DNA of 64,000 nucleotides from Octopus vulgaris (GCA_951406725.2 OX597832.1:37386001-37450000); one strand, 5' to 3'; positions 13,962 through 27,588 are shown, numbered from the stretch's first letter. Notes: a model not told the origin generated them from the sequence alone. Made by a program: numbers and translations.

Positions 13962-14194
13962 ATATATATATATATAGCATGGCCGTGTGGTAAGAGGCTG
14001 CCTTCCTAACATGGTTCAGAGAACAATCCCACTGCGTGGTACTTTGGACAAGCGTCGTCTATTATATAACATATATGCATATATACATATATGTGTGTGT
14101 GTGTGCACATATATATGCATATATAATGTACACACATGTACACAAAGACACAGGAGACCACACATGTATATTCATGAGTGGTACAGTTCTTCGA

Positions 14195-14392
14195 CAAGGG
14201 TTGCTGAACAGTTCTTGACTTTGGGTAAAAGAAAATACAGGAAGATCAGTTAATTTATTCTCCTCTCGGATTCACACACATATTGCAGCGGTCGTTTCAG
14301 TTTTTCTAAGCCCTGTAAAGCTCGGAGGTTTGGGCCTCCAACTAGGCCTATTGCGAAACCCTTAAGCCCAAGAACTTTTCAGCACCACTTCG
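14195..14392 (-). mobile_element. Mariner-derived MITE (~200-220 bp family)
   Basis: Terminal inverted repeats like cgaggggtgctgaaaagttcctggctt. Homologous to 24923-25140 and 35902-36120. Confidence 0.8.
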
Positions 14393-14570
14393 TATATGTT
14401 TACACGCACACACGCACACACACCCACCCACCCAAACACACACACAACATACGCACCCACACATATATACATGTTATCTAGATATCTAACTACACTTGCA
14501 GTAATATTTGCACACACACACACACACACACAATTACACGTTGATACACACACATCCACATGTATGTATA

Positions 14571-14616
<46 letters not shown>

Positions 14617-14756
14617 GCCGCTCGCATACGAACGCCCGTGTATTAGTGAATTTGTGCTTATATCTGTGGGAATGATATCTACCGATACGTGCTTACGTAT
14701 CTGTTTATCAAACTATCTGGTAAGTGCATCTTTCTCTCTCAATATACACGCATGAA

Positions 14757-14804
<48 letters not shown>

Positions 14805-15061
14805 CACATACATTCATAAATATGCATTTTCTTTTGTGTGTGTGTGTGTTTATGTCTGTATACATACAAAATTGTACACACTCTCATATGTATGTTTGGA
14901 CTTGTTTTCTGGCTATGTATATAAACGTGTGCGACTGACTGATGCGAAATGGGTCGAAACGATCGTTATGATTAATGAAGAATCTCGTGAATTCCATTTT
15001 CTCTTTCCGCAAATATACATAAATACACAAAACATACATATATACACAAACACATAAATTT

Positions 15062-15480
15062 TTATCCTTTACTCTTTACTTGTTTTAGTCATTGGACAGC
15101 GGCCATGCTGGAGCACTACCTCGAAGTATGTTTTTATCAAATGAATCGAGCTAGTACTTCTTTAAGGCCCTTATTTATTCTAAAAGTATCTTCTGTGTAA
15201 GGGCTAAATTACCGGAACGTATACACGCCAACACAGTTTCTCAGGCAGTGGTTGGGGACAGAGACAGACACGAAGACAAAGAAAAACACACACTCACACA
15301 CATACACACACACATAAGCATAAACACATGTGATATGTACTTATAAGACGGGCTACTTTCTAGTTCCATCTACCAAGTCCACTCAGAAGGATTTCGTCGG
15401 CACGAGGGTAACAAGACATTCACACCAGGTCTCAGACAATGAGAGTGACCTCGGAACCGTGAGGTTCGGAAGCAAAGCTC
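15062..15480 (-). mobile_element. SINE family 1
   Basis: Reverse-complement match to the family consensus, with an internal CA repeat. Confidence 0.75.
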
Positions 15481-15487
15481 CTTTGCG

Positions 15488-15518
<31 letters not shown>

Positions 15519-15763
15519 TGTATGTATGTATGTATGTATGTATGTATGTATGTGTGTATGTATGTGTGAATGTGTATGTGTGTATGCATGTAAGTATGTA
15601 TGTATCTACCATGTATCTATGTATAGTTTTTTGAATATATATTATTATATAGTAAATGTAAATATGTGTTTATATATATATATTCATATATATATATATA
15701 TATATATGTATATTATATATATATCCATATATATATATGTATACATATATATATGTATATGTT

Positions 15764-15894
<131 letters not shown>

Positions 15895-16339
15895 TTATAT
15901 ATATATATATATAAATATGCATATATATATATATATCAGAAATAATTGCATATAGGTACATACGTGCGCACACACACACAGACACACATATATATAAATA
16001 TATATATGTGTGTGGATGTGTGGATGTGTGCGGGTGTGTACAGTACATATATTTTATTCGGTGATATAAGCATAATAAATTCTTTATTTACAGAATATAT
16101 ATAAATGTATATCTATATGTTCATGTGTATGTGTTTATATATATATTATTTATGTGCAAATATATATGTATGCGTTTACGTGTAAACACATATACACACA
16201 GTTGCATGTATAAAACACAGACTTAGTTCTCAAGAAAATGCACCAGCAATTTAATATGTCAATATACACTTAAAGAGAGGCATACGGAGACACGCACACA
16301 CTCACACACACAGACACATATGCACACACAGGCACACAA

Positions 16340-16389
<50 letters not shown>

Positions 16390-16514
16390 ATATATATATA
16401 TGTATATATATGTATGTATGTATATATATATGTATGTGTGAGTATATATATATGTATATATATAAAATATGAATTAGATATGAATTATAATATTATACTC
16501 CCGAATATTATTAT

Positions 16515-16569
<55 letters not shown>

Positions 16570-16713
16570 ATATATATATCTATATATCTATATACATACA
16601 TATATATATATATACGTGTGTTTTAGTTGACTATTATATGTATATATATATATATATAATTTATACATGCATATAAATATAAGTATATATATAAATATAT
16701 ATAATTATGCATG

Positions 16714-16760
<47 letters not shown>

Positions 16761-16867
16761 ATATATACACACATATATATATATATATGCATTATATATA
16801 TATATATATATATATATAGTTATATACATATTTAAACACACGCAATCACACAGACATGTATGTGTGA

Positions 16868-16904
<37 letters not shown>

Positions 16905-16912
16905 AATGTCTA

Positions 16913-16959
<47 letters not shown>

Positions 16960-17202
16960 GCAACTATATATGTACGTGTATATATGTACGTGTATATGCT
17001 TTCGTCAGTATGTGTTTGTCTATGTATCAGTTCGTGTCTACTGGAGAATAAGTACTAGGCTTACAAAGAATAAGTCCTGGGGTTGATTTGCTCGACTAAA
17101 GGCGGTGCTCCAGCATAGCCGCAGTCAAATGACTGAAACAAGTAAAAGAGTAGAAGAGTAAAATATATATATATATTTATATTTACATATATAAATATAT
17201 AC

Positions 17203-17480
17203 ATAGTAAATCCCTCTACCCGCCAAACAACGAAAAACAAACACCAGAAAAAACAACAACACACAGACGTGGTATATGCGAAGTATTAGCAGACGCTCAG
17301 GGATGGAAAGAAAGGGTGTTTTACATTTCGAGCAAAGCTCTTCTTCAGAAACAGGAGACAGAGGAAAGTCGAAGCAAAAGGAAGATGGAGGAAAAAAATC
17401 GCCAACGATTCACATGACCGGAAGAGAATGGGTGAAGACAAAGTTCTTTCTAAGATAGGAAGGTGTAAGAGAAGGAGGTG
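17203..17480 (-). mobile_element. Short PLE-derived element carrying a hammerhead (family A, copy 2)
   Basis: Same leader (gaatcgttggcgatttt), hammerhead, ccctgagcgtctgctaata box and tail as the other copies. Confidence 0.8.
17318..17352 (-). ncRNA. Type I hammerhead ribozyme motif (family A)
   Basis: Minus strand: gttt-CTGAAGA-a-GAGC ttt GCTC-GAA-ATGT-A-aaac. Core intact; the stem III palindrome has a CpG>TpG change. Confidence 0.8.
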
Positions 17481-17608
17481 TGTGCGTGTGTGTATGGTGC
17501 GTGCAGTTGTGTGTACGTGTGTGCGCGTATGTGTGCGTATGTGTCTGTATGTACGTGTGTATGATATCTATATATACATATATTAATATATACACACATA
17601 TTAATATA

Positions 17609-17671
<63 letters not shown>

Positions 17672-17684
17672 ATATTTATATGTA

Positions 17685-17732
<48 letters not shown>

Positions 17733-18907
17733 TATGAGTTGTATGTCGTTGTGTTTGTGTTTGTTTCCTACAGCCGTTGTTGCTTTGTTTACGTCCCCGT
17801 ATGTCAGCAGTTTATTAAACCAGAGTGACAAAACAAGTACTAGGTTCTTGATAATAAAGAACTGGTTTTGATTCTGTGTGGTTCAACTACTGAAGGTGGT
17901 GCCCATCATTGAAACAAAATAAAACATAAAAGACACACACACACACACACACTCATATGCACATATGTAGGTGTGTGCCTGTGTTTATGCCTGCGATTCT
18001 CTCCCCCGCCACACTTTGACAACTGGTGCTGGTGTGTTTAACACCCTACGATCTAGCGGATCGGCATAAAAGACCGATAGATTAAGTTGCAGGCTTGGAA
18101 AACAAGAAAAATGTCTAATGACTGAATCAAGAAAATGAGGAACAATACAAAGAAAATGTATACATACACATATACATTATATATACATGCATACAAACAC
18201 AAAGTTAGATAAAACTCATACATACATACATACATACATACATACATACATACATACAAACATACATACATACACACACACACATACATACACACATATA
18301 TGCATAATCAGTTTGAAGGATATTTTCACCATAAAATAAGGACTGGTCGTGTCAGAATCAACAATGACCACCGCAGCAACAGCAGCAGAGCAGCAGCAGC
18401 AGGAGGAGCAGCAGCAAAGGCAACGAGGGCTGCAACATCCGCAAGGACAGGAGCGACTTTAACAACGATAGCAACAACAATAGCGGCTTCAAGAACAACA
18501 TCAGTCGCAACAACAGAGAAATCTAATTTAGGAATATATCTTTCACACATACATCAAAGAAGCGTTCACACACACACACATTCACACACACATACACAAA
18601 CATACACACACAAACATGCACGCGTATATACAATCACTGACACTTATTCAGCTATAGACACACACACACATACATACATGCACACACACACACACACAGA
18701 TACATTCACACTTACTCAGACAGATAGAAACGCACACACGCACACATACTCAGAATACGACAACTACAGAGAAACAGACACGCATACACATGCACAGTTG
18801 TTTACATAACCACAAACACACAATACCCCCCCCACACACACACACATACACACGTATACACACAGTGACACATGCGAACGCGCACTTGTTTTGGTATGAA
18901 TCTTCGG

Positions 18908-18942
<35 letters not shown>

Positions 18943-19110
18943 CATTCCAGGATTTCGTTGTTAGTTGTTGTTATCGCAGTTGTTGTGTGTGGTTTGTGTG
19001 TTCGTTTGTATGTGTGTGTATTCCTGTCTTATTGTGAAATTGTTGGTGTTGTCTGTGTGTGTGTGTGCGTCTGTATGTTTCAGGGTGTGATTCTTAGCGT
19101 GCCTTTGTAA

Positions 19111-19162
<52 letters not shown>

Positions 19163-19165
19163 CTT

Positions 19166-19263
<98 letters not shown>

Positions 19264-19485
19264 TGTGTGTGTGTGTGTAAGCGTGTGTTTCTGTCTGTGC
19301 CTTATGTGTGTGTGTACGTTTGTTTGAGCTGTGCAGTTGTGTGAGTTCGCGATTCAGTGAGTACGTATGTTTGGAAGTATGTGTATGTGCGTGTGTGTGT
19401 GTGTGTGAGCGTGTGTGTGTGTGCGTGCATGTGTGCGTGTGTGCTTGTGTGTATGTGTTGTTGTAGGTGTAATGTAATGTCTTAC

Positions 19486-19556
19486 CGTGGTCACTGCTGT
19501 GACGGTTCAATCCCCAGTCAATACACCAACTGACCTCACTCGCTGCCGTATACAGT
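19486..19556 (-). other. Candidate 71-nt internal exon of an unidentified minus-strand transcript
   Basis: Very long polypyrimidine tract ...ctctttctatataacag| and donor CACG|gtaaga around a unique island between microsatellites. One open frame: LYTAASEVSWCIDWGLNRHSSDH. Confidence 0.5.
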
Positions 19557-20019
19557 CTGTTATATAGAAAGAGACAGAGCAAAAGAAAAAGAGACGAAGA
19601 GAATGAGAGAAAAGGAGGGAAAGAGAAAGGGAAAGAGAGAGAGAGACAGAAACAGAGAAAAAGAGAAAGAGAAAGGGAAAGAGAGAAAGAGAAAGAAAAA
19701 GGGAGAAAGAGAGAGAAATGTTAGGGTGAGAGGCTCTAAGGTGTGTTAAGTTTCAGTCGCGGTAGTGGATGCAGTAGTCGTGGTAGCGGTGGCTGAGGTG
19801 GTAGCATGGGTAGTGGTGGTGGTGGTGGTGGTGGTGGTGATGGTGGTGTTACTATAATGTCCTTGATTCTGTTGTAGCGTAGCCCCAAGTCAACCTCGAT
19901 CGAGAAAACTCATGATGAAAGGCATTCCAACCATGACCATCCAATCTATTTCCTGTGGTATCTCTGGCGGATTGACTAATCTAATGAATATTCTTAAGAT
20001 TTTTGTCTTTTAACAGCTT

Positions 20020-20174
20020 TCTCTTTTTACTTGTTTCAGTCATTGAAATACGGCCATGCTGGGGCACTGCCTCGAAGTGTTTTAGTCGACCAAATAGATA
20101 TCAGGGCTTATTTTTTGAGCCTGGTACTTATTCTCTCGGTTTCCTTCACCGAACCACTAAGTTACGAGGACGCA

Positions 20175-20212
<38 letters not shown>

Positions 20213-20503
20213 AACACACATACAGACACACATCTATAGATAGATAGATAGATACATACATACATACTTACATACATACCAACATACATACATACATACA
20301 TACATACATAAATATATGCATACATACATATTGCTCCAGCATGGCTGCAGTCAGATAACTGAAACAAATAAAAGATAAAAGCTTTGGTCGGCCCCTAGGC
20401 TATAGTAGAAGACACTTGCTCAAGGTGCCCCGCAGTGGGACTGAACCCGGAACCATGTGGTTGGGAAGCATGCTTCTTACCACATGGCCACTCCTACGCC
20501 TAT
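20020..20503 (-). mobile_element. SINE family 1 with internal microsatellite and an inverted SINE tail fragment (20331-20381)
   Basis: Head at 20503 (minus strand) and tail at 20020. The internal plus-strand fragment reads tgctccagcatggctgcagtc...gaaacaaataaaag. Confidence 0.85.
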
Positions 20504-20624
20504 TCGATAGATAGACAGATCTTTGTTCGATTATTCAAAGAACCGTCAACAACACCACTGACTTAGGGTTTCTTTCTTATTTTTTCAAGTTTCATATTCA
20601 TACAGCTATCTTATATATATATAT

Positions 20625-20940
20625 AACAATTGCAGCGTGGGAGGTGTTTTTAAGCCATTCAAGAAACACACAAAAGCCTTTCGATTTACCGTCAGCCATT
20701 TTGAAATACAAAATGGCTGACGGTTAGTAAGGAGAGACACAAATAAGAGACACAAATAAGAAAGAATAAAACAAAGGACCACTGATGCGGTCACAGGAGT
20801 GTGACGAAAGAACTCTGGCCGAAATAAGATTAAGATTAATGTAAAAAATAAATAACACTGAAGCAAAGTAACACCAAATATATAGTGCGTGTGTTTTTAT
20901 TGGCTAAACTGGCAAAATGACCATTCCGAAATATAACAAT
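20625..20940 (+). mobile_element. Short PLE-like element in (TA)n with hairpin and hammerhead (family C)
   Basis: Flanked by TA runs. The 3' end ggcaaaatgaccattccgaaatataacaat also occurs inverted at about 2580-2612. Confidence 0.65.
20776..20820 (+). ncRNA. Type I hammerhead ribozyme motif, mutated (family C)
   Basis: ggacca-CTGATGC-g-GTCACA ggag TGTGAC-GAA-AGAACT-C-tggcc. Stem II 6 bp, A9>C, near-palindromic stem III. Confidence 0.65.
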
Positions 20941-21419
20941 ATATATATACACATGTATATATATATGTGCATGTATGCTATTTAAATCGTGAGCGGTGTT
21001 TTTATTTGTATGAATGTATGTGTGTATCCATGTATGCATGAATGTATGTATGTATGCATGTATGTATATATGTATGTATGTAGGTATGTATGTATGAATC
21101 TTTCACTTTTAAAGTTATTTGAATATTTCTAGCAAAAATGGATGTGCTTTCTAACAAACATATCAAGAGCCTTCGTTGGAATTCAGGTAACAAAAACAGC
21201 ATGCACTCCATGTTGAACTTTCGACCTGACTTGCATAGTTTTACAGTTGCACTTGGTATTTTCAAGGTGCTTTTCGAGACTGTCGCTTGCACTACATTTA
21301 CTAACATAACAAGTGCGCGATTAATTATTCGTAGAAATGTGAATTTATAATTAAGGTGGAAAGCTACAGCTTTTGAACTTGCTGATCATAAATATTCTCC
21401 TTCTCACTGATTTTGTGAG

Positions 21420-21450
<31 letters not shown>

Positions 21451-21715
21451 TGTATGTATGTATGTATGTATGTATGTATGTATGTATGTATGTATGTATG
21501 TATTTGTGTCTCTGTATATGGGTGTACATATGTGTAATTATGTAGATCCATAATTGTGTCCTCTGGTTTCGGTCTCTGACTTATCATAGTGAACTCAGGA
21601 TAAGGCCTTTTCTCTTTTTCGAAGACATTTATCCCTGCATTATCCATTGCAATTGACTCTGGAACCATTCATAGGGTTCGAAGATTCTTTGAAACAATCC
21701 TATACCAGTGCATAT

Positions 21716-21748
<33 letters not shown>

Positions 21749-21749
21749 T

Positions 21750-22076
21750 CTTTTATTCTTTTATACGTTTCAGTGATTTGAAATTTACCCCAAGACTTAT
21801 TATTTGTGAGTGAGCCTAGCACTTATTCTGTTGGTGCCTTACGGGGACATAAACATACCAGCATCCGTTGCCAAGCGATGGTGGGGGGAATATACACAGA
21901 CACAAACACCGACACATAAATATATATTCATATATACATATACGACAAGCTTCTTTCAGTTTCTGTCTATCAAATCTAAATCTTCTTACAAGGCTTCGAG
22001 GCTATAGTAGAAAACACTTGCCTTAGGTCCCATGCAGTGGGACTGAACCCGGAACCATGTGGTTGGCAAGCAAGCT

Positions 22077-22130
<54 letters not shown>

Positions 22131-22560
22131 TTTATCGTTATTGTTTTACTTATTTCAATGATGCTGAGGAAATTTTGGTCGAATAATCGACCCTAGTACT
22201 TTTTTAAAGCTGGTACTTATTCTACCGAAATCTTTTGCCGAACCGCTAAGTTACGGGGATGTAAACACACCAACGCCAGTTGTCAAACAGAGACATGTAG
22301 ATACACCCCCTCCCACATACACACACTTTCAGTATATACACACTTTCAGTATATACACACTTTCAGTATATACACACTTTCAGTATATACACACTTTCAG
22401 TATATACACACTTTCAGTTTCCATTTACCAAATCCATTCATAAGGCTTTAGTCGTTCCCAGGTTATAGGAGAAGACACTTGCCCAAGATGCCACGAAGTG
22501 AGACTGAACCCGGGACCATGTGCTTGAGAAGCAAGCTTCTTACCACACAGCATGCCTGGC
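21750..22560 (-). mobile_element. Two tandem SINE family 1 copies (21750-22080, 22135-22560)
   Basis: Each has the gactgaacccgg(a/g)accatgtg head region and the family body on the minus strand. Confidence 0.8.
22321..22417. repeat. Perfect 17-bp tandem repeat inside a SINE
   Basis: acacactttcagtatat, about 5.7 copies. Confidence 0.95.
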
Positions 22561-23228
22561 CCCTAAATATACACACATATATACATAGATATATGTGCGC
22601 ACGTGTGGATCTAAGTATGCGTCACAATCACTGTGCGAAAGTAAGTTGTTTCTGTAGAATACGATACAGGATGTGAGGTGGAATGTCAGGATATATGGTG
22701 AAGTCTTATACAAATATATATACAGGTGTCAGAGTACAGGTGGTGATAGTGGTGGTGGTGGTGGTGGTGGTGGAGGTGGTTTTGATGATGGGGCGGATGT
22801 AGTGATAGTCGTTAGGGTGATGGTTTTAATCTATTGATGTAGTGTATTGCTGTGATGGCGTACATAATAGTACTGGTTGTGATCTTAGTGGTGTGCTAGT
22901 GGACATACGTGGACATACATGAAGGCGCGTAGCTTAATGGCTCAGGATCATAAGGTCGCGAGTTCAATTCCCGGGCGACATGTTCTGTCCTTGAGAAAGA
23001 CACTTTATTTCGTGCTTTAAGAATATAGTGAATTCTTTTACTGGGCTTAGAAAAACTGAAGGACCTCTGCAATAAGAGTGTGAATCAGAGAGGGGACTAT
23101 ATTAAATAAAATCATAACTAACTGATTCTCCTGTATTTTCTTTTCCCCAAATTTAGGAACTTTTCAGTACCCCATCATGTATATAAGCGTATAAGAAGTA
23201 CATGAGATACTCATAACATATACAAGAG

Positions 23229-23281
<53 letters not shown>

Positions 23282-23284
<3 letters not shown>

Positions 23285-23549
23285 GTAAGATATGAAAAAT
23301 CGACGAAACTGCATATTACAAATAGAAAAAGGCTATTTATGACAGGTAACGACAAATATATACATTTAGATTGACTATGGTAGTAATACGAGTCATAAAA
23401 GTCATTATTATGCGATGATTATAAGATTATAATAAAGTAAGAAAACAAAACGAACCAATGCTTTACGCAAAGCTATTCATCGTTTGTTCTGTCATAAATA
23501 GCCTTTTTCTATTTGCAATATGCAGTTTCGATGATTTTTCATATTTTAC

Positions 23550-23552
<3 letters not shown>
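23282..23552. mobile_element. MITE with ~75-bp terminal inverted repeats inserted in (TA)n
   Basis: ggggtaagatatgaaaaatcgacgaaactgcatattacaaatagaaaaaggctatttatgacag at the left end; its reverse complement, with few mismatches, ends at 23552. TA runs on both sides. Confidence 0.85.
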
Positions 23553-23589
<37 letters not shown>

Positions 23590-24150
23590 GAATCGTATTG
23601 CCTGGTTATATAAGGATGGGTAAGTGGCGATGAGGACTTTAGGGTTTGATGTTAACCCGAGATGGTTTGCGTAGGGCGGAGAACATGTTGAAGAAGTGGG
23701 GAAACAAAATGAAAATTCCAAGTCTAGTTTATACAGACCTTGTGACTCAGAAACAGAGATGCATGATCCATGTATATAAATAGAATAACTTGCACGACCA
23801 TGCGCACGCAGGTGGCTCTTCAACCCAGCTTCCGTTCTGCAAGAACGTTCATGTGTGCTTCTATGTTCATACTACCTATGTTCCAATCCGTCTGTATATC
23901 TATCTGTTTACATTCATATCCATTTACCTACATATATATACATATACGCATACGTATACACACACACACACACACACACACATACACATACATCTACATA
24001 ACAGCCCACCTTAAATGTGGTTAACCCTTAAGGATTGATGCTACTGTAGCATGTAGCCCCAGGAGACATATCCTCCAGCTGGCTATTGACACATTATTTG
24101 TGCCCTATCAGTATTTGCAAAGTAAAGTCATCGTTCCCATCTCCAGCCTG

Positions 24151-24189
<39 letters not shown>

Positions 24190-24190
<1 letters not shown>

Positions 24191-24540
24191 AACTGTGGGT
24201 ATGGGGGTATGATTACCTACTACGTACATTTAATATCTAGTACTGGGGATGTTTCATTTATGAGGACATACTCCTGTATTTGTCTGAGTGTTGGGTCCTT
24301 TGGGTGCTTGGTTAAAATGCGAATATCAAGTTGACCCAGGCTGCCTCCATGTTGGTCGTTAGCTTGTTGGTAGAGTATGGAGGACTGTTTCTTGTCATAT
24401 TGTCTCAAATGTTCATTTAGTATTTCTGCAATGCTACTAGATGTCTCTCCTAGTATGTCATGGTGCCTTCACAAGATACTTTCTTTACAATCTTGCTACT
24501 AAGTAAGGGGTTGGTCAAACTTTATTCTAAGTTAAAAAGA
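24190..24540 (-). mobile_element. Decayed PLE GIY-YIG endonuclease fragment
   Basis: YLGETSSSIAEILNEHLRQYDKKQSSILYQQ...DIRILTKHPKDPTLRQIQEYVLINETSPVL matches the GIY-YIG layout (YIGET..R..EH...R.I.E...I...P.LN). Confidence 0.75.
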
Positions 24541-24922
24541 GAAAGAAAACATACATACATACGTACATACATGCATATATACATACATACTTACATACAT
24601 ACATACATACACACATACATACATACATACATACATACATACACACACACATACATACATACACACATACATACATACATACAGCAAAACATGGATCTGC
24701 ACGCGCACTGACGCAAATATACACGTATACATGCACAACCACCTTTGCCGTTTTTGCTAAAATTTCAAAAAAAGAGCTTTGGATCTAGGTTCAGAACCGG
24801 CTCTTTCCATTGCATGTATGTAAGTATGTGTGTATAGATGCATACATGTATATATACATATGTGTGTGTATGTATATTTATATGAACACATATACCCATG
24901 AATGTGCATATGTGTAGATATA

Positions 24923-25140
24923 TAAGGAGGTGCTGAAAAGTTCCTTGCTTTAAGGGTATCGGGAAAGGCCTGATTGGGGGCCAAACCTTCCTGGTTCTTT
25001 TACAGGGCTTAGAAAAACTGAAGGACCACTGCAATAAGTGCGTAAATCTGAGAGGGAATATATTGTATAAAATTATAATTAACTGATACTCTTGGATTTT
25101 CTTTCACCCAAAGGCAGGAACCTTTCAGCACCCCCTCTCG
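24923..25140 (+). mobile_element. Mariner-derived MITE
   Basis: TIRs and TA flanks. Internal GLEKLKDHCNKCVNLRG resembles a mariner transposase C-terminus. Confidence 0.85.
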
Positions 25141-25181
25141 TATATATATATTATGCATACATGCATATTTATATGTACGCA

Positions 25182-25232
<51 letters not shown>

Positions 25233-25888
25233 ACACACACACACACGCGCACATACGTAGGCTCCTGCAACCTGCATCGTAATTCAACCGTAATATCCAT
25301 CCATTTTCTTCCCCTCGCCCCCCCCCCCCCCCTGCAACGTATTTCAATATTCTGCGCCAGTTACCACACACCTATACCTCCCAGTAACAGACCCTACACC
25401 GCCCCTGTCACTGGTTCCCTACCCCCTCGACACAATAAAATACCACCCTGCGTCCTACTCTACCAATCAGCAAACACAATCAGAACACTACTCAGTTTTA
25501 GCCAAAATTTCTTTCACAGACTCACACAGACTCATAAACACACACAGAAACGCCCACAAACACGCACACATAAACGTGTACACAAAACGTACTTCACACA
25601 TACACATACAAGCACCAATATATATTTACAATCATTGTTATATACAAATACTCAGATACACATACTCTCACTCAAGTCAGCGCTTAATGTGGATTTTACA
25701 TATACATATGCAGATATACATACATACATACATACATACATACATACATACATTTAAATATATGCACACATGTGTGTGTATATATGCATGTATATATATA
25801 TATATATATATACGTATACATATATACGTATACATATATATATATTTATATATATACATATGTATACACATATATATGTATATATATA

Positions 25889-25934
<46 letters not shown>

Positions 25935-25952
25935 TATAGACAAATAGATATG

Positions 25953-25985
<33 letters not shown>

Positions 25986-26066
25986 ATTTACATATGCATA
26001 TACATAAATGTATACATAAATATATATGCATATACATATACATATGTATATGTATAAATATATGTT

Positions 26067-26131
<65 letters not shown>

Positions 26132-26383
26132 ATGTGCGTGCGTGCGTATGTGTGCGTGTAAGTACTCTCTCGCATGCACATTCAGATATTTCAAAATGGT
26201 GATATCTTTGAAAATTGATAGCGTTTTAGATGAAGTCTTAGATTTCATTTAATTATATTAACACATACATGTATTTCACTTTAAATATATAGAACAACAT
26301 ATTCATGGTTTTATGTAGATTAAAATGCTTGCGCCCATGCATATACACAGACATACTGATATGCGCATGTATGAATTTAGTTG

Positions 26384-26421
<38 letters not shown>

Positions 26422-26471
26422 GTGTGTGTGTGTGTGTATACATATATACATATATATATATATATATGTAT

Positions 26472-26538
<67 letters not shown>

Positions 26539-26588
26539 CACAAAATTCTTGTTGCACAGACACATACACATATACATACATATATGCA

Positions 26589-26620
<32 letters not shown>

Positions 26621-27263
26621 CATATATATATGCATATTTATATATATAATTATATGTATATATGCATGTATTTATGCATGTATGCACATATGTGTGTATA
26701 TATGTGTATGTATATATATATATATGTGTAACAAAGCGAAGTTGTAAGGTGTATATATATATATATATATATATATACATGAGTGTGTATGTATGTGTGT
26801 GTGTGCATGCACGTGTGCACTCGTATGTGCTCTTCGTGAAGATATATGCAAGTCATCATCCTTTGCTGAATTCCGGCTGGCCACTCACACAGTGGCGAAG
26901 CACTCTTGTTTAAAACAAGATAGTACTCAGAGTTTGTTGTTAACTCATATTGGTTGTGTGCACGCATATCAGTGTATTCATATGCATGTGTGCATATGTG
27001 CTTATTGTGCACGTGTGTGCCTGCATATGGATAAAATTGCACTCTTAGAGTACGTGGGTACCTCACTTTTGTAAATAATTGCGTGTGCTTCATTCATGCT
27101 TATTTGTGTGTATTCCATACATACATGTGATCATGTGTTTTTCAACACAGGGGACATAAGCAGAGAATCTCTGGAATGCCTTGCAAATTCCCTCTGTACC
27201 TCTTATCTTTTTGGGGAGAATCTTGGGAAATTCTTTATTCTTCTTCTGCATATAACCAAGTGC

Positions 27264-27579
27264 TTGATAGACGCGAATGAAAACCTATATCCTGCTTAGA
27301 AGGGCTGTAGGTTTCTTATTTGTTCTTCGCAGATGATATCTTTTTCCGAACTTTTGATGAGACATATATGCATGTTACACACACACATGTACACAATCAC
27401 ACAAACATACATGCGCGCGCACATTTGAGTTTTACAGCGAAAGTAATGCAAAGGTATAACCTTTTTTCACTACGTTGATAGACACAAATGTAAACCTATA
27501 ACGTGTTTATAAGAGCTGTAGGTTTCTTATTTGTTCTACATAGATAATATCTTTTTCCTAATTTTGGTGAGACATATAT
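27264..27579. repeat. Local direct duplication (~105 bp at 27264-27369 and 27475-27579)
   Basis: ttgatagac...aacctata...gctgtaggtttcttatttgttct...atctttttcc...tgagacatatat occurs twice. Confidence 0.85.
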
Positions 27580-27588
27580 AAAGTTAGA

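Noticed and set aside
21133-21186. Plus-strand mini-exon candidates (21133-21186; also 6440-6498)
   Set aside because: Splice words are plausible, but the peptides are unrecognisable and such short AG..GT pairs are common by chance.
22321-22417. Regular repeat considered as a CRISPR-like array
   Set aside because: Head-to-tail identical units with no spacers, in a eukaryotic context. The same applies to the 27-bp array at 10160.
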